A DNA stretch of 34,422 nt. Origin: Alphaproteobacteria bacterium. GTDB lineage: Bacteria > Pseudomonadota > Alphaproteobacteria > UBA2966 > CAIVPW01. Below the pieces are notes generated by a model. That model made no database searches. It was not told where the DNA came from and was given only the letters and a program-made list of their open reading frames with translations. The stretch is from contig JAKZSO010000074.1 in the NCBI GenBank assembly GCA_047517625.1, positions 1 through 34,422 on the forward strand. Reading direction: 5' to 3'. A program made the translations under genes and the position numbers. Below, piece after piece: positions 32,722-34,422 of this stretch (position 1 is its first letter; each line of letters starts with the position of its first letter).

Positions 32722-34170
32722 ATGATTGATTTCCGGCCGCTGCTGTTCGTAACCGGTCTGCTTATGGCGGCGCTTGCGGCGATGATGCTGCTGCCCGCCG
32801 CTGTGGATTGGACGACCGGCGACACCAATTGGCAGGAATTCTTGGCGGCGGCTTTCCTGACCGGGTTTGTCGGCGTCGGGCTGTCGCTGGCCAATCGCGG
32901 CGGCCACGTGCAGATCGGAGTCCGCCAGATGTTTGTGCTGACCGCCATGATCTGGGTGGTCATCGCGACATTCGGGGCGCTGCCGTTATATTTCTCGGAC
33001 CTCGGGCTTTCCTATACCGACGCCTTTTTCGAAGCCATGTCGGGCATCACCACCACCGGATCCACAGTCATCAGCGGATTGGATTCCGCACCAGTTGGGG
33101 TTTTGCTGTGGCGGGCATTGCTGCAGTGGCTGGGTGGCATCGGCATCATTGTCATGGCAGTTGCGGTCCTACCAGCTTTGCAAGTTGGCGGGATGCAGCT
33201 GTTTCGCATGGAGTCATCGGACTCGTCGGAAAAAGCCTTTCCCCGGGTCGCCCAAGTGGCCGTTGGAATCGCGTCGATTTATGTGGGGTTGACCGCGGTG
33301 TGCGCCACCGCACTGTGGTTCGCTGGAATGACCGGGTTCGAATCCGTTGCTCACGCCATGACCACCATTGCCACCGGCGGATTTTCCACATCTGACCAAT
33401 CCATCGGTCATTTCGATTCCAGCTCGGTCGAATGGATCATTGTGGTTTTCATGATTTTGGGCAGTCTGCCATTTGTCTTGTACCTAGAGGCGGTGCGCGG
33501 ACGGGCCACCGCTCTGTGGCAAGATTCCCAGGTCCGATGGTTTCTGGCAATCGTCGCCTTTTGCGCCATCGCCATCGCTGCCTGGCAATTTCTGGCCAAC
33601 GATGTCGCGCCATACGATTCGGTGCGTGACTCCACGTTCAACGTGATTTCCATCATCACCGGCACCGGATATTCCACCGCCGACTATTACCTATGGGGCA
33701 GCTTCGCGGTCACCTGTTTTTTCTTGTTTATGTTTATCGGCGGCTGCGCCGGATCCACTTCGTGCGGGATCAAGATTTTCAGATTTCAGATTTTAGTGAC
33801 CGCCGTGCGGGGCCAGATGAAAAAAATTTGGCAACCCCACGGCGTTTTCGTCCCCTATTACAATCGTCGGCCGCTGCCGGACTCCGTCGTCGATGCCGTC
33901 ATGAATTTCGTCTTCGTTTTTGTCCTGGTATTCGTCCTGTTGGCATTGAGCCTGTCAGCGTTGGGCCTGGATTTCGTCACCAGTGTTTCCGGTGCGGCCA
34001 CGGCGCTCTCGAACGTCGGTCCGGCGTTGGGCGACATCATCGGTCCGACGGGCACGTTTATGCCTTTGCCCGACGCGGCCAAGTGGCTGCTGTCCTTGGG
34101 GATGTTGCTGGGAAGGCTGGAGCTGTTCACTGTCTTAGTGCTTTTTTGGCCGGCGTTTTGGCGTGCCTGA
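32722..34170 (+). CDS. trkH: Trk-system potassium uptake protein TrkH
   Basis: A polytopic membrane protein of 482 aa with the selectivity-filter-like motifs SGITTTGST, TIATGGFST, IITGTGYST and GCAGSTSCGIK. Confidence 0.9.
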   Translation: MIDFRPLLFVTGLLMAALAAMMLLPAAVDWTTGDTNWQEFLAAAFLTGFVGVGLSLANRGGHVQIGVRQMFVLTAMIWVVIATFGALPLYFSDLGLSYTDAFFEAMSGITTTGSTVISGLDSAPVGVLLWRALLQWLGGIGIIVMAVAVLPALQVGGMQLFRMESSDSSEKAFPRVAQVAVGIASIYVGLTAVCATALWFAGMTGFESVAHAMTTIATGGFSTSDQSIGHFDSSSVEWIIVVFMILGSLPFVLYLEAVRGRATALWQDSQVRWFLAIVAFCAIAIAAWQFLANDVAPYDSVRDSTFNVISIITGTGYSTADYYLWGSFAVTCFFLFMFIGGCAGSTSCGIKIFRFQILVTAVRGQMKKIWQPHGVFVPYYNRRPLPDSVVDAVMNFVFVFVLVFVLLALSLSALGLDFVTSVSGAATALSNVGPALGDIIGPTGTFMPLPDAAKWLLSLGMLLGRLELFTVLVLFWPAFWRA

Positions 34171-34189
34171 TCCCATCGGCCCCATCGAA

Positions 34190-34422
34190 ATGATCGGAAA
34201 GCTGGTGGCGTTTGATACGACCAGCGCCCATAGCAATCTGTCTTTGATCGATTTTGTCGCCGGCTACTTGAACGGTCATGGCATCGCGTGCGAAACGATC
34301 CCCGACCCCACAGGTACCAAGGCCAATCTCGTCGCCACGTTCGGTGGGGATCGGACCGTCGGCGGCGGTGTCGTGCTGTCGGGCCACACGGATGTGGTGC
34401 CGGTCACAGGCCAGACTTGGAC
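34190..34422 (+). CDS. argE: 5' fragment of acetylornithine deacetylase / M20-family peptidase (runs off the window)
   Basis: MIGKLVAFDTTSAHSNLSLIDFVAGYLNGHGIACETIPDPTGTKANLVATFG...VLSGHTDVVPVTGQTW matches the ArgE N-terminus. An alternative GTG start at 34163 would overlap the trkH end. Confidence 0.75.
   Translation, partial: MIGKLVAFDTTSAHSNLSLIDFVAGYLNGHGIACETIPDPTGTKANLVATFGGDRTVGGGVVLSGHTDVVPVTGQTW

Noticed and set aside
34127-34387. An 86-aa minus-strand ORF at the right edge.
   Set aside because: It is antisense to a clear ArgE/M20 N-terminus on the + strand (..LSGHTDVVPV..).

Overview
GC-rich (about 60% by eye) chromosomal segment with alphaproteobacterial gene content and synteny. 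Almost the whole window is core housekeeping. Gene order is: ccmI 3' end, a small orphan unit, yciB, a frameshifted SAM hydroxide adenosyltransferase gene, a repeat protein plus lipoprotein, ftsY-mtaB-dapF (minus), ffh-rpsP-rimM-trmD-rplS, leuCDB-asd, sdhCDAB, HAD/EAL/pyrD/SRAP (minus), class I lysyl-tRNA synthetase, a DinG-family Fe-S helicase, a TerB-like protein, an alpha/beta hydrolase, a parvulin PPIase, tRNA-Gly(CCC), metZ with a structured leader, apaG, folE, trkH and the argE 5' end. I found no integrase, transposase, CRISPR array, toxin-antitoxin pair or recognisable defence island, and cannot support a claim of a new multi-gene system here. The least ordinary items are these. (1) An operon encodes a secreted, hyper-acidic protein made of three unrelated tandem-repeat arrays plus an EF-hand/dockerin-like loop, followed by a surface-antigen-type lipoprotein. 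(2) Ribosomal protein S16 carries a C-terminal extension of about 170-190 aa with five near-identical 33-nt repeats. (3) Two genes are interrupted by frameshifts at T homopolymers: two sites in the SAM hydroxide adenosyltransferase gene and one in a partly degenerate EAL gene translationally coupled to pyrD. (4) The metZ leader looks like a SAM-II-type riboswitch with an intrinsic terminator. (5) The DinG-type helicase has an N-terminal region that reads like a catalytically dead DEDDh exonuclease domain. (6) A small promoter-to-terminator orphan unit has a structured leader and an ambiguous reading frame. All family assignments come from reading the translated ORFs and motifs by eye; no database search was run.
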